From Alphaproteobacteria bacterium (lineage in GTDB: Bacteria; Pseudomonadota; Alphaproteobacteria; UBA9219; RFNS01): DNA of 64,000 nt. Position numbers and translations under genes: made by a program. The DNA lies in NCBI GenBank assembly GCA_016124955.1, contig WGMR01000007.1, positions 154,103 through 218,102 on the forward strand, read 5' to 3'. This document shows, piece by piece, positions 1 through 9,522 of this stretch (position 1 is the stretch's first letter; each line of letters begins with the position of its first letter). Under the pieces are notes generated by a model. That model saw nothing but the letters and a program-made list of their open reading frames with translations, had not been told where the DNA came from and made no database searches.

Positions 1-396
1 GGCAAGGGCGGCAAGGAACGCATGGTGCCGCTGGGCGCCCCGGCGGCCGAGGCTGTGCGCGCATGGCTGGCGGTGCGGCGCAAGGAAGGCGGGAAGGATT
101 CGCCGTTTTTGTTTCCGTCCGCCCGCGCGCGAACGGGCCATCTGACGCGGCAGCGTTTCTTCCAGCTGGTGCGCGAAACCGGGGCGAAAGCGGGGATCGC
201 GCCCGCACGGCTCAGCCCGCACGTTTTGCGCCACGCCTTCGCCACGCATTTGATCGAACATGGCGCCGATTTGCGCAGCGTGCAGCAAATGCTCGGTCAC
301 GCCGACATCGCCACCACGCAAATCTATACGCATGTGGCCACGAACCGGTTGCGCGACGCAGTAACAAAGCATCACCCGCTGGCGAAACGGAAGTAG
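1..396 (+). CDS. xerD: Site-specific tyrosine recombinase XerD, C-terminal part (5' truncated by window)
   Basis: Frame open from base 1 ([10 protein letters not shown]); catalytic motifs [11 protein letters not shown] and [15 protein letters not shown]; near accA as usual in Alphaproteobacteria. Confidence 0.9.
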   Translation, partial: GKGGKERMVPLGAPAAEAVRAWLAVRRKEGGKDSPFLFPSARARTGHLTRQRFFQLVRETGAKAGIAPARLSPHVLRHAFATHLIEHGADLRSVQQMLGHADIATTQIYTHVATNRLRDAVTKHHPLAKRK

Positions 397-399
397 CCG

Positions 400-882
400 C
401 TACCAGCCGAGAATTTCGTGCTGCAGGTACATGCTGTGCGGCATCAGGAAAATGTGCGCCGCGAGCCACGCCAGCGAACAGATGCGCGCCGGCCATACGA
501 AAAAGGGCCGCAGCAGAGCCGCCCTGAGCCCAAGAACGGTAATAGCCGGGTCGGTTATAAGGCGGTTGCCCCAGAATTCCACCCCCTGGAACCAGTGTGT
601 GATGGCTTCGCTGCCCGAAAAGCCGGCTTCGAAATAAAATTCCACCGGCTCCCACATATAAGCGAGCAAAAGGCCGACAAGGTAAGGCCAGCTTTTTTCA
701 AGCCCGCTTTCTGCCGCGCCCCTGTCGCCGGCGTTACCGAGCGCCCGGCGCGCGTACAGCACGATATGCCCGAGCGCTATGCCGGAGAGAAAATGTTCGA
801 ACGACCAGAGATCGAACCAGGCAAGGGTTTTATCGCCGAAGAGCATGGATGTGAGCAGTATCCCTAGTGACGGCAAATACAT
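400..882 (-). CDS. Small polytopic membrane protein, DUF2585/UPF0314-like
   Basis: Hydrophobic ORF with WFDLWSFEHFLSG, MWEPVEF and GNRLITD motifs resembling DUF2585 (DWYTFSH/WEIxEN/NSVSD); start uncertain (882 or 846). Confidence 0.5.
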   Translation of the reverse strand: MYLPSLGILLTSMLFGDKTLAWFDLWSFEHFLSGIALGHIVLYARRALGNAGDRGAAESGLEKSWPYLVGLLLAYMWEPVEFYFEAGFSGSEAITHWFQGVEFWGNRLITDPAITVLGLRAALLRPFFVWPARICSLAWLAAHIFLMPHSMYLQHEILGW

Positions 883-1006
883 AAGATGAAAGCGGCATTG
901 GCTGCAAGCCGGTTGCCGCCGCAAACCGTTAAGGGCATATTTGCCCCGTTGGGCGTTTGATGCTAGGTGTTTGCGCCTTAAATTTCGCGGATTTTGCAGG
1001 ACAGGA

Positions 1007-1960
1007 ATGCAAACGCTGGATTTCGAAAAACCCGTCGCCGAGCTTGAAGCGAAGATCGAGGAGCTGCGGCACCTTTCCGACGGCAGCCAGATGAATATCG
1101 CCGAGGAAGTGGCGCGTCTGCAGGAAAAGGTGGACCGGCTTTTGCGCGGTATTTACGGCAAGCTGACCCCGGCGCAGAAGGTGCAGGTCGCGCGTCACCC
1201 GGAACGGCCGCATTGCCGCGATTACCTCGCCGCCCTGATCGAGGAATTCACGCCGCTGGCCGGCGACCGGCTGTTCGCGGAAGACCAGGCGATCATCGGC
1301 GGGCTCGGGCGTTTTCGCGGCGGCGCTTGCGTCGTGATCGGGCAGGAGCGCGGCCACGATACCGAAAGCCGCATCCGCCACAATTTCGGCATGGCCAAGC
1401 CCGAAGGGTATCGCAAGGCGCAGCGGCTTTTACAGCTTGCGGGGCGTTTCAACCTGCCGGTGATTACGTTCATTGACACCGCGGGCGCTTTTCCGGGCGT
1501 GGAAGCCGAAGCGCGCGGGCAGGCGGAAGCCATCGCGCGTTCGATCGAAGCGTGTCTGCGCGCGCCGGTGCCGATTGTGGCCTGCGTGATCGGGGAAGGC
1601 GGTTCGGGCGGCGCCATCGCCATCGCGACCGGCGACCGCATTTTGATGCTCGAACATTCCATCTACTCCGTGATTTCGCCCGAAGGCTGTGCTTCGATCC
1701 TTTGGCGCAGCGCGGCCAACGCGGCGGATGCCGCCGCCGCGCTCAGGCTTACGGCGCAAGACCTGAAGCAGCTCGGTTTGATCGACGATGTGATTGCCGA
1801 GCCTGTTGGCGGCGCGCATCGCGGCGCGCGCGCGACCATTACCCGCCTCGGCGATTCCATAGCCGCCGCGCTGGCCGAGCTTGGCGGCAAGGAGCCGCAC
1901 CAGCTCATGAAGGAGCGTGCGGAAAAATTTATTGCGATGGGAAAAAAGACGCTTAACTAG
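1007..1960 (+). CDS. accA: Acetyl-CoA carboxylase carboxyltransferase alpha subunit
   Basis: LDFEKPVAELE, ARHPERP, FGMAKPEGYRKA, GEGGSGGA, YSVISPEGCASILW motifs; AGGA RBS before ATG 1007. Confidence 0.97.
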   Translation: MQTLDFEKPVAELEAKIEELRHLSDGSQMNIAEEVARLQEKVDRLLRGIYGKLTPAQKVQVARHPERPHCRDYLAALIEEFTPLAGDRLFAEDQAIIGGLGRFRGGACVVIGQERGHDTESRIRHNFGMAKPEGYRKAQRLLQLAGRFNLPVITFIDTAGAFPGVEAEARGQAEAIARSIEACLRAPVPIVACVIGEGGSGGAIAIATGDRILMLEHSIYSVISPEGCASILWRSAANAADAAAALRLTAQDLKQLGLIDDVIAEPVGGAHRGARATITRLGDSIAAALAELGGKEPHQLMKERAEKFIAMGKKTLN

Positions 1961-1973
1961 CGCCCGCCCGCGC

Positions 1974-2612
1974 CTACCAGCGGCGCAGCAAGACCGGGCC
2001 GATCTTGCGGCCGACCCAGCCGGTGATGGCGATTGCCGGCATATAGAACACGGCGATCCAGAGCGGGTAATCGTGCATGCAGCGCATACCGAAGGCGACC
2101 GCGCCGATGGTGCCGGCGGCCAGGCCGGTTAGCATGCCCGCGCGCCGCAGATTGGCGGGGGAAAAGAGCCGCACGGCCTGCGTCAAAATAATAAAGGCCG
2201 GGATTGCCAGCAGATTGATGTAAAGCAGGCAGAATTTCCCGCGCCCGTCGAAGATAAGCCCGAACCATGTTGAAGAATCCGTCATCGCCATATTCACGCC
2301 CGCGCCCGCAAGCAGCAGCGCGAACGGCACCAACAGCAAATACCAGACGACCTTGCCTTCGGGCTGGATCGCGCAATAGAGCATGAGCGTGCAGGCAGCC
2401 GCGAGGAACAGGCAGAACACGACCTTGCCGATGGCAGGCGCATCCATCACCGCCGCGCCGATATCGGGCCGCAGGCCTATGGTGACAAGCATGACGACGC
2501 AGGTGGCGAGCAGCGCAAGAAAGGCGAGGCCGATGAAGGCCAGCTGGCATTCGCGCCTTGTCATCGGCGTATCGTTGCCGATCGTGAGTTTGATATATTC
2601 TTCGTGACGCAT
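1974..2612 (-). CDS. nrsF: NrsF/DUF1109 family membrane anti-sigma factor (orphan copy)
   Basis: Multi-TM protein with GLRPD, FCL, P..LRRAG.L.GLAAG, MRCMHD and C-terminal IGPVLLRRW typical of DUF1109. Confidence 0.8.
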   Translation of the reverse strand: MRHEEYIKLTIGNDTPMTRRECQLAFIGLAFLALLATCVVMLVTIGLRPDIGAAVMDAPAIGKVVFCLFLAAACTLMLYCAIQPEGKVVWYLLLVPFALLLAGAGVNMAMTDSSTWFGLIFDGRGKFCLLYINLLAIPAFIILTQAVRLFSPANLRRAGMLTGLAAGTIGAVAFGMRCMHDYPLWIAVFYMPAIAITGWVGRKIGPVLLRRW

Positions 2613-2785
2613 GGCGAACCCCGGGGTTTTGCTTCTGCCGCCCGGTTATGGGGTTGCCGAAGCTTGAGCGAACAAACCAGACCGTTTCGTGCCTTGCCGT
2701 GGCCATATTCATGGCCTACTTTTTAACGGTTCTATTCTACACCAGAATCGATGCGGACGCCACGAATAACGAGGATGATTTCGCT

Positions 2786-3346
2786 ATGTTAACAACACAG
2801 CGCAGCGGGTTGAATAGACGGCGTTTTGTCATGGGGCTGGCGGCTGCGTTAACAATGATTACAACGGCAGCTTGGTTAACAAAGCGGGGATTCGCGATGG
2901 GCGACGAACAGAAATTCGAGATTACGAAGACGGACGAGGAATGGCGCGCAATTCTAACGCCCGAACAATATCGTGTGTTGCGCCGCCACGGTACCGAGCC
3001 CGCCGGCTGCAGCATGCTCGATAAGGAATATGACGCGGGTACCTATGTGTGCGCCGGGTGCGATCTGCCGCTGTTTTCGTCGGACGCGAAATTCAACAGC
3101 CGTACCGGCTGGCCCAGTTTCTTCCAGCCATTGCCCGATGCCGTGGGCACGACGACCGATCATTTGATCGGCGTTCCGCGCACGGAAGTGCATTGCCGCC
3201 GTTGCGGCGGGCATCTCGGCCATGTGTTCGATGACGGCCCGCCGCCCACCGGCAAGCGTTATTGCATGAACGGCGCTTCACTGAAGTTTGTGGCCGAAGG
3301 CGCAACCGGCGCCGAACCTGTCAGCGGCGCGTGCGAACGCGGTTAG
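2786..3346 (+). CDS. msrB: Peptide-methionine (R)-S-oxide reductase MsrB with Tat signal peptide
   Basis: LTPEQYRVLRRHGTE, CAGC, GWPSFF, RTEVHCRRCGGHLGHVFDDGP, RYCMN; N-terminal NRRRFV twin-arginine; GAGGA RBS. Confidence 0.93.
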   Translation: MLTTQRSGLNRRRFVMGLAAALTMITTAAWLTKRGFAMGDEQKFEITKTDEEWRAILTPEQYRVLRRHGTEPAGCSMLDKEYDAGTYVCAGCDLPLFSSDAKFNSRTGWPSFFQPLPDAVGTTTDHLIGVPRTEVHCRRCGGHLGHVFDDGPPPTGKRYCMNGASLKFVAEGATGAEPVSGACERG

Positions 3347-3380
3347 CCGCCCCGAATAAACCCGGGAAGACTTTACGCCG

Positions 3381-6101
3381 TCAGCTTACCGCCCCGTGGC
3401 ATTGCTTGTATTTTTTGCCGCTGCCGCAGGGGCAGGGGGCGTTGCGCGGCGTGTGCGACCAGGTGGCGGGGTCGTTTTCATCGAACTGCACGCGCGTGGG
3501 CGTGATGCGGCCGGGCACGGGGGCGCTATCATCTTCCCCGACCGCGCTGCCCGGCGTTTCGTGCACTTCCTGCATCAGCTGCTGGCGCTGCCGCTGCTGT
3601 TCGGCCAGCTCTTCCACGCTCGGCATGCGCAATTCAGCCAGCATCAGCACGCGCGTGAGCATGGCGCGCAGGCTATCGAGCATGGTCTGGAACAATTCGA
3701 ACGCTTCGCGCGTATATTCGTTGAAGGGGTCGCGCTGGCCGTAACCGCGCAGGTGGATGCCCTGCCGCAGGTGATCGAGCGCGAGCAGATGCTCCTTCCA
3801 TTGCTGATCGAGCATGCCGAGCAGCGTGGCCTTTTCCGCCCGCTGCCAGTTTTCGAGCCCGATCTGTGCCGCCTTGTGCGCAATTTTATCGTCCGCCGCC
3901 GCGATCATGCGCTCCATGATTTCGCGCGACGCGATGCCTTCTTCCTTGGCCCATGCATCGAGCGGCAAATCGAGCCCGAGCGTATCGCGCGCCTGTTCGG
4001 CCAGCCAGGGCATGTCCCATTGTTCGGGGTATGAATTTTCCGGGATCGCGCGCGAAACCATGGTTTCGATCACGTCGGCGCGCATATCGCGCAGCGTGTC
4101 GGAAACATGGCCCGCCGCCATGACCTCGCGCCGCTGTTCGTAGATAGCCTTGCGCTGGTCGTTCATGACGTTGTCGTACTTTAAAAGGTTTTTACGGACA
4201 TCGAAGTTGCGCGCCTCCACCTTTTCCTGCGCCTTCTCGAGCGCGCGGTTGATCCACGGGTGCGCGATTTTTTCGCCGTCCTTGAGGCCGAGCCGGGCCA
4301 GCACCGGCTCCATGCGGTCGGAGCCGAAAATGCGCATCAGGTCATCTTCGAGGGAAAGAAAGAATTTCGATGCACCGGGATCGCCTTGCCGGCCGGAACG
4401 GCCGCGCAGCTGGTTATCGATGCGGCGGGATTCGTGCCGCTCGGTGCCGATCACGAACAGGCCGCCCGCGCCGCGCACTTTTTCCCGCGCCGCGTCAACC
4501 TCGGCGCGTATCTTTGCCGTGCGCGCGGCGCGCGCGGTTTCGTCGGTGATGCCTTCAAGTTCCAGCGCCAGGCGCGCATCGATATTGCCGCCGAGCTGGA
4601 TGTCGGTGCCGCGGCCCGCCATGTTGGTGGCGATGGTGACGGCGCCCGGCTGCCCGGCCAGCGCGATGATGCTGGCTTCCTTTTCGTGGTGGCGGGCATT
4701 CAGCACATTGTGGGCCACGCCTTTTTTCGTCAGAAGGCCGGAGAGAAGCTCGGATTTTTCGATCGACACGGTGCCGACCAGAACCGGCTGTTGCCGCTCC
4801 TGACATTCCGCGATCTGGGCCGCGATCGCTTCGTATTTTTCGGAAAGATTGCGGTAAACCTCGTCGTCCATATCGGCGCGGCTGACGGGAACGTTGGTCG
4901 GCACCTCGACGACATCGAGGCTGTAGATTTCCCCGAACTCCGCCGCTTCGGTCATGGCGGTGCCGGTCATGCCCGCAAGCTTGGGGTACAGGCGGAAATA
5001 ATTCTGGAAGGTGATCGAGGCCAGCGTCTGGTTTTCGCGCTGGATTGTCACCTTTTCCTTGGCCTCGAGCGCCTGATGCAGCCCTTCGGAATAGCGGCGC
5101 CCTTCCATCATGCGGCCGGTGAATTCATCGATGATAACGACCATATCGTCGCGCACGATGTAATCCGTGTCGCGGGCGAAAAGCTTGTGCGCGCGCAGCG
5201 CCTGATTGACGTGATGCACGATCTGGACGTTGTGCGCATCATACATGCCTGCGCCGGGCGTCAGCAGGCCGGCTTCGGCCAGCAACACTTCGATTTGCTC
5301 GTTGCCTTCCTCGGTCAGCACCACGGTGCGCTGCTTTTCATCCTTTTCATAATCGCTTTCGCGCAGCCTGGGGATCAGCGCGTCGATCCTGGTGTAAAGT
5401 TCGGAACTGTCTTCGGCGGGGCCGGAAATGATCAGCGGCGTACGCGCCTCGTCGATCAGGATGCTATCGACTTCATCGACGATGGCGAAGTTGAACGGAC
5501 GCTGCACCAGATCGGCGGCGGAAAACTTCATGTTATCGCGCAGATAATCGAAGCCGAATTCGTTGTTGGTGCCGTAGGTGATATCGGCGGCGTAGGCGGC
5601 GCGCCGCTCGCTGTCGTTCAGACCGTGCACGATCACGCCGGTCGTGAGGCCGAGGAAGCCATAGATTTGCCCCATCCAGCCGCTATCGCGCTTCGCGAGG
5701 TAATCATTGACCGTCACGACATGCACGCCCTTGCCGGCCACCGCGTTCAGATAGACCGCGAGCGTGGCGACCAGCGTTTTGCCTTCGCCGGTCTTCATTT
5801 CGGCGATGCGGCCTTCGTGCAAGATCATGCCGCCGACAAGCTGCACGTCGAAATGCCGCTGGCCGAGCACGCGCCGCGCCGCTTCGCGCACGGTGGCGAA
5901 AGCTTCAGGCAAAAGCGCATCGAGCTTTTCGCCCTTGTTGATGCGGGCACGGAATTTTTCCGTCTGCGCGCGCAGCTCTTCATCGGAAAGCTTTTCGATT
6001 TCCGGCTCCAGCGCGCCTATGGCGGCGACCTTGCGGTCGAAGCCGCGCAGGACACGATCGTTATGGGAACCGAAGACGGCGCGGGCAAGGGAAGCGAACA
6101 T
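3381..6101 (-). CDS. secA: Preprotein translocase ATPase SecA
   Basis: [53 protein letters not shown]-terminal [17 protein letters not shown]. Confidence 0.99.
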   Translation of the reverse strand: MFASLARAVFGSHNDRVLRGFDRKVAAIGALEPEIEKLSDEELRAQTEKFRARINKGEKLDALLPEAFATVREAARRVLGQRHFDVQLVGGMILHEGRIAEMKTGEGKTLVATLAVYLNAVAGKGVHVVTVNDYLAKRDSGWMGQIYGFLGLTTGVIVHGLNDSERRAAYAADITYGTNNEFGFDYLRDNMKFSAADLVQRPFNFAIVDEVDSILIDEARTPLIISGPAEDSSELYTRIDALIPRLRESDYEKDEKQRTVVLTEEGNEQIEVLLAEAGLLTPGAGMYDAHNVQIVHHVNQALRAHKLFARDTDYIVRDDMVVIIDEFTGRMMEGRRYSEGLHQALEAKEKVTIQRENQTLASITFQNYFRLYPKLAGMTGTAMTEAAEFGEIYSLDVVEVPTNVPVSRADMDDEVYRNLSEKYEAIAAQIAECQERQQPVLVGTVSIEKSELLSGLLTKKGVAHNVLNARHHEKEASIIALAGQPGAVTIATNMAGRGTDIQLGGNIDARLALELEGITDETARAARTAKIRAEVDAAREKVRGAGGLFVIGTERHESRRIDNQLRGRSGRQGDPGASKFFLSLEDDLMRIFGSDRMEPVLARLGLKDGEKIAHPWINRALEKAQEKVEARNFDVRKNLLKYDNVMNDQRKAIYEQRREVMAAGHVSDTLRDMRADVIETMVSRAIPENSYPEQWDMPWLAEQARDTLGLDLPLDAWAKEEGIASREIMERMIAAADDKIAHKAAQIGLENWQRAEKATLLGMLDQQWKEHLLALDHLRQGIHLRGYGQRDPFNEYTREAFELFQTMLDSLRAMLTRVLMLAELRMPSVEELAEQQRQRQQLMQEVHETPGSAVGEDDSAPVPGRITPTRVQFDENDPATWSHTPRNAPCPCGSGKKYKQCHGAVS

Positions 6102-6190
6102 TATAACTCCGTAATCACATAGAGCGGATGCCTTCGCGCGGGCGCGGCGGCACCGCCGATCAGGCGGGCGACCATAGCGGAAACCGGCCC

Positions 6191-6197
6191 CGAATCA
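6191..6197 (-). promoter_or_regulatory. Extended GANTC (TGATTCG) CcrM/GcrA-type motif upstream of secA
   Basis: Plus-strand CGAATCA = TGATTCG on minus strand, about 90 nt upstream of secA start. Confidence 0.35.
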
Positions 6198-6353
6198 AAG
6201 CAGCGCAGCCCGATATAGGTACGAAAGTCCTTGTTTTACAGAGGGTTGGGGGCGGGCGGATAATTTCTTATTTATTTTCATGGCCTTACGATAAAAAAGA
6301 ACTATATAAGGGCCGCATAAAAAGAGGCCGTATTTAGCCGGAAGTTATTTCGC

Positions 6354-7268
6354 ATGAGCGTTCAACCTGCATCCTATTTAGCCGCCGCCGGTGAAGTTTC
6401 CGATCAAGCCGGTGCCGGGAAGTCCTTGCGCGAAGCGGGGCTGGTTCTTTTCGACTTCGACGGCACGCTGGTCGATGCCGCGGAAAAAGAAACCTTCGAA
6501 CTTGTCATGAGGACTGTTGAAACGGAACTCAAGGACATGGGATTTGATGCCAATTTTTCCGGCATTGATCCCATGCAGTTTTCGGGCTGGGCTACCGAAG
6601 CCATGGTCGAATACCTGGTTCATGGTATCAATGTAAGTGCGGAACAGAAGAAACAGATTATCGATACGGTGCACACGGCGCGCATCGACCAGAGACCGAG
6701 CGCGAATGTTAAGGCGGTCGCGCAGGCGGAAGAATATCTGCAGTTTCTGAAGGAACAGGGTATTCCCTTTGCCATTGTTACCAACAGTAAATATCAACGC
6801 GTCGTGAATTACCTGCGCCATGTCGGGCTGCTGAAATATTTCGAGCATAAGGGTGACGCGGCTTCGCGCGCCGGGCCCTTGCCGCCATACCGTATCGTCA
6901 GCGCCTACGATCATTGTCAGAATATCGGCAAGCCCGATGGCCTGCCATATGCTGAAGCGCGCATGCGTTATGGGCCGCGGGTTGCGGCAAATCAGATTGT
7001 GGCGTTTGAGGATTCTTCCAGCGGCGTAAGATCGGCCCGCAACGCCGGGATCACAAACGTCATGGGCATGACGGTATGCAGCCAGATCGCGAACAAGCCG
7101 GCGCATGCGAAGAAGCTGCAAGACGCCGGTGCCGCCCATATTTTTGGCACTTTCCAGCAAGTTATCGATGCGCACAAAGGCGGCGGCGGCAACCCGGCCC
7201 CTGCAACCAGTGTTTCCCTTAAGGATGGCCGCAAGCTGCGGTTCTGGCCCCAGAGGAATTTCGGATAA
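6354..7268 (+). CDS. HAD-superfamily (subfamily IA) phosphatase with C-terminal extension
   Basis: Motif I LFDFDGTLVD, IVTNS, GKPDG, VAFEDSSSGVRSA. Confidence 0.8.
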   Translation: MSVQPASYLAAAGEVSDQAGAGKSLREAGLVLFDFDGTLVDAAEKETFELVMRTVETELKDMGFDANFSGIDPMQFSGWATEAMVEYLVHGINVSAEQKKQIIDTVHTARIDQRPSANVKAVAQAEEYLQFLKEQGIPFAIVTNSKYQRVVNYLRHVGLLKYFEHKGDAASRAGPLPPYRIVSAYDHCQNIGKPDGLPYAEARMRYGPRVAANQIVAFEDSSSGVRSARNAGITNVMGMTVCSQIANKPAHAKKLQDAGAAHIFGTFQQVIDAHKGGGGNPAPATSVSLKDGRKLRFWPQRNFG

Positions 7269-7342
7269 TTTAACCAATCCGGTTTATGATCGGGTTTCCT
7301 AGGATTTTTCGCTATTTCCGGCTGTATCCCCGTGTCGTACGC

Positions 7343-8365
7343 ATGAGCAAACCCGTAATCCTGATCACCGGCGGTGCCGGGTATATAGGCAGTCATGCCG
7401 TTTGGGCGCTGGCGCGCGCGGGTTATGCGCCGGTCGTGCTCGATAGCCTCGTGAACGGCCACCGCTGGGCTGTGGGCGATGCGCCGCTTGAGGTTGGCGA
7501 TGTGGGCGACGCGCCCTTCGTGCGCGCGGTGTGCGAAAAATACCGCCCGGCCGCGCTGATGCATTTTGCCGCCTTCATCGAAGTGGGCGAAAGCGTGAAG
7601 GATCCGGAAAAGTATATCGGGAACAATTTTACCAAGGCGCAGCGCCTGTTCGAAACCGCGCTTGAAGCCGGCGTGACGCAGGCGGTGTTTTCCAGCACTG
7701 CCGCCGTCTATGGCATGCCGCCGCGTGTCGCGCCGATCACCGAAGATACCCCGCTCGCGCCCATCAACCCGTACGGCGAAAGCAAGCTGCGGGCGGAACA
7801 GGCTTTGCGCGCGCTCGGGGAAAAGGGCATGCGCTCGGTCAGCCTGCGCTACTTCAACGCCGCCGGCGCCGCGCCCGAAGAAGCCGGCATCGGCGAAGCG
7901 CACTGGCCTGAAAGCCATTTGATCCCGCGCGTGATCCTTGCTGCGCTCGGGCTTGAACCCGCGATCGGGATTTTCGGTACCGATTACGCCACGCCGGACG
8001 GCACCGCGGTGCGCGATTACATCCATGTGCTTGATCTGATCGCCGCGCATGTCGCTGCGCTGCGCTATATGATGGAGGGCGGCGCGACGGCGGCGTGCAA
8101 CCTTGGCACCGGGCAGGGCTATTCGGTGCGCGAGGTGGTGGATGCCGTTGGCCGGCATCTTGGCGCGCCGGTGCCGCAAAAGACCGGTCCGCGCCGCGAA
8201 GGCGATCCGCCGCAGCTGGTGGCCGATGCCGCCCTGGCCCGCCGTTTGCTTGGCTGGCAGCCGGAACGGGGGCTGACCGAGATTGTGCAATCCGCGCTTG
8301 CGTGGCACCGCGGCGCACGATACCGGGAAACGGTACTTTTGCCGCGCTACGGCAAGGCCAGCTAA
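7343..8365 (+). CDS. galE: UDP-glucose 4-epimerase
   Basis: ILITGGAGYIGSH, HFAAFIEVGES, FSSTAAVYG, PYGESK, LRYFNAAGA, DGTAVRDYIHV. Confidence 0.93.
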   Translation: MSKPVILITGGAGYIGSHAVWALARAGYAPVVLDSLVNGHRWAVGDAPLEVGDVGDAPFVRAVCEKYRPAALMHFAAFIEVGESVKDPEKYIGNNFTKAQRLFETALEAGVTQAVFSSTAAVYGMPPRVAPITEDTPLAPINPYGESKLRAEQALRALGEKGMRSVSLRYFNAAGAAPEEAGIGEAHWPESHLIPRVILAALGLEPAIGIFGTDYATPDGTAVRDYIHVLDLIAAHVAALRYMMEGGATAACNLGTGQGYSVREVVDAVGRHLGAPVPQKTGPRREGDPPQLVADAALARRLLGWQPERGLTEIVQSALAWHRGARYRETVLLPRYGKAS

Positions 8366-8497
8366 GGCCGCCATAAGGCCTTATCCCGGGCAAGATTCCC
8401 CCTTGCTCCGCCCGCCAGAAACGTCTTAATGTTGCCGCGTTTGCCGCCTATGGCTGGAAGTTCCCGCTTCCCGAACGCACCGAAAGGACATACTTCA

Positions 8498-9400
8498 ATG
8501 ACCAGCATGCTGAAATTCGCCCCCGCGCTCCTTGGCGCCATTCTTGTGGCCGGCGCCCCGGCGCTGCCTGCGCGCGCAGCCGACAAGGCCGCCGACCCTG
8601 TCGTCGCCAAGGTCGATGGCGCTACGATCAAGCGTTCGGACGTTGTGCGCGAGATCAACACGCTCGGTCCGCAAGTTTCGCAGATCCCGATCCAGACGCT
8701 GTACCCGCAGGTATTGGAACGGCTGATCGCCACGCAGGTCGTTGCCGCCAAGGGCTACGCCGAGAAGCTTGAGAACAAGCCGGAAGCGAAGGAGCGCCTG
8801 AAGCGCGCCGAGGAACAGGTGGTCGCCGATCTGTACCTGAACCAGACCATCATGCCCAAGATCACCGAAGACAAGATCAAGGCGCGCTACAACGAGATTG
8901 TGAAGAAGGTGAAGCCCGAAGACGAGGTGCGGGCGCGCCACATTCTGGTGCCGACCGAAGCCGAGGCCAAGGAAATCATCGAGCAGCTCAAGAACGGCGC
9001 CGATTTCGCCAAGCTGGCGGCTGAAAAATCGAAAGACAGCGGTTCGATGAAGGAAGGCGGCGATCTCGGTTACTTCGGGCGCGGCGCGATGGTGAAGCCC
9101 TTCGCCGATGCGGCCTTCGAGATGAAGCCGGGCGAGCTGAGCGACAAGCCGGTTAAAACCGATTTCGGCTGGCATGTGATCAAGGTTGAAGACAAGCGCA
9201 AGTCTTCCCCGCCGCCGATGGAAGCGGTGCAGGATCAGATCCGCACCCAGCTCGGCAATGAAATGATGACCGATATCGTCAAGGGCCTTGTGGCCAAGGC
9301 GAAGGTCGAACGATACAACATCGACGGCTCGCCGCTGCCGCCCGCAGGCGCCAGCGCAAAGGCCACCCAATCCAAGGACGATCCCGGCAAGAAGAACTAG
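8498..9400 (+). CDS. Periplasmic parvulin-type (PpiC/PrsA-like) peptidyl-prolyl isomerase
   Basis: Sec signal; VRARHILV, FAKLA, GGDLGYF, MVKPFADAAF, KTDFGWHVIK; AGGA RBS. Confidence 0.9.
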   Translation: MTSMLKFAPALLGAILVAGAPALPARAADKAADPVVAKVDGATIKRSDVVREINTLGPQVSQIPIQTLYPQVLERLIATQVVAAKGYAEKLENKPEAKERLKRAEEQVVADLYLNQTIMPKITEDKIKARYNEIVKKVKPEDEVRARHILVPTEAEAKEIIEQLKNGADFAKLAAEKSKDSGSMKEGGDLGYFGRGAMVKPFADAAFEMKPGELSDKPVKTDFGWHVIKVEDKRKSSPPPMEAVQDQIRTQLGNEMMTDIVKGLVAKAKVERYNIDGSPLPPAGASAKATQSKDDPGKKN

Positions 9401-9416
9401 ATGCCGGAAAGATCCG

Positions 9417-9449
9417 GGGGCGGGCGGCGCGAGCTTCCCGCCCCTTTTT
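9417..9449 (+). terminator. Intrinsic terminator after PPIase gene (second hairpin at 9451-9477)
   Basis: GGGGCGGG-N12-CCCGCCCC followed by TTTTT. Confidence 0.65.
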
Positions 9450-9522
9450 CTTGCCCCTGTTCCTGGGGCAGGGGCAACAAGATAACAAAACAAAGCAACG
9501 ACCGAGAAAATACGAGGCTGCC

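Noticed and set aside
1-396. Tyrosine recombinase as a possible prophage or island integrase
   Set aside because: Sequence and linkage to accA match chromosomal XerD; no att site, tRNA or phage genes seen
2613-2785. SigF promoter between orphan nrsF and msrB
   Set aside because: Only partial -35 matches (ATAACC, TTAACG) without a correctly spaced CGAA
4260-6122. 620-aa plus-strand ORF and other long antisense ORFs (6992-8374, 8495-9724, 12270-14165, 15217-16530, 42348-43586, 46670-48184, 53875-55404, 55432-56742, 57780-59228, 60787-62088)
   Set aside because: Shadow frames opposite well-recognised genes in high-GC DNA; no motifs of their own
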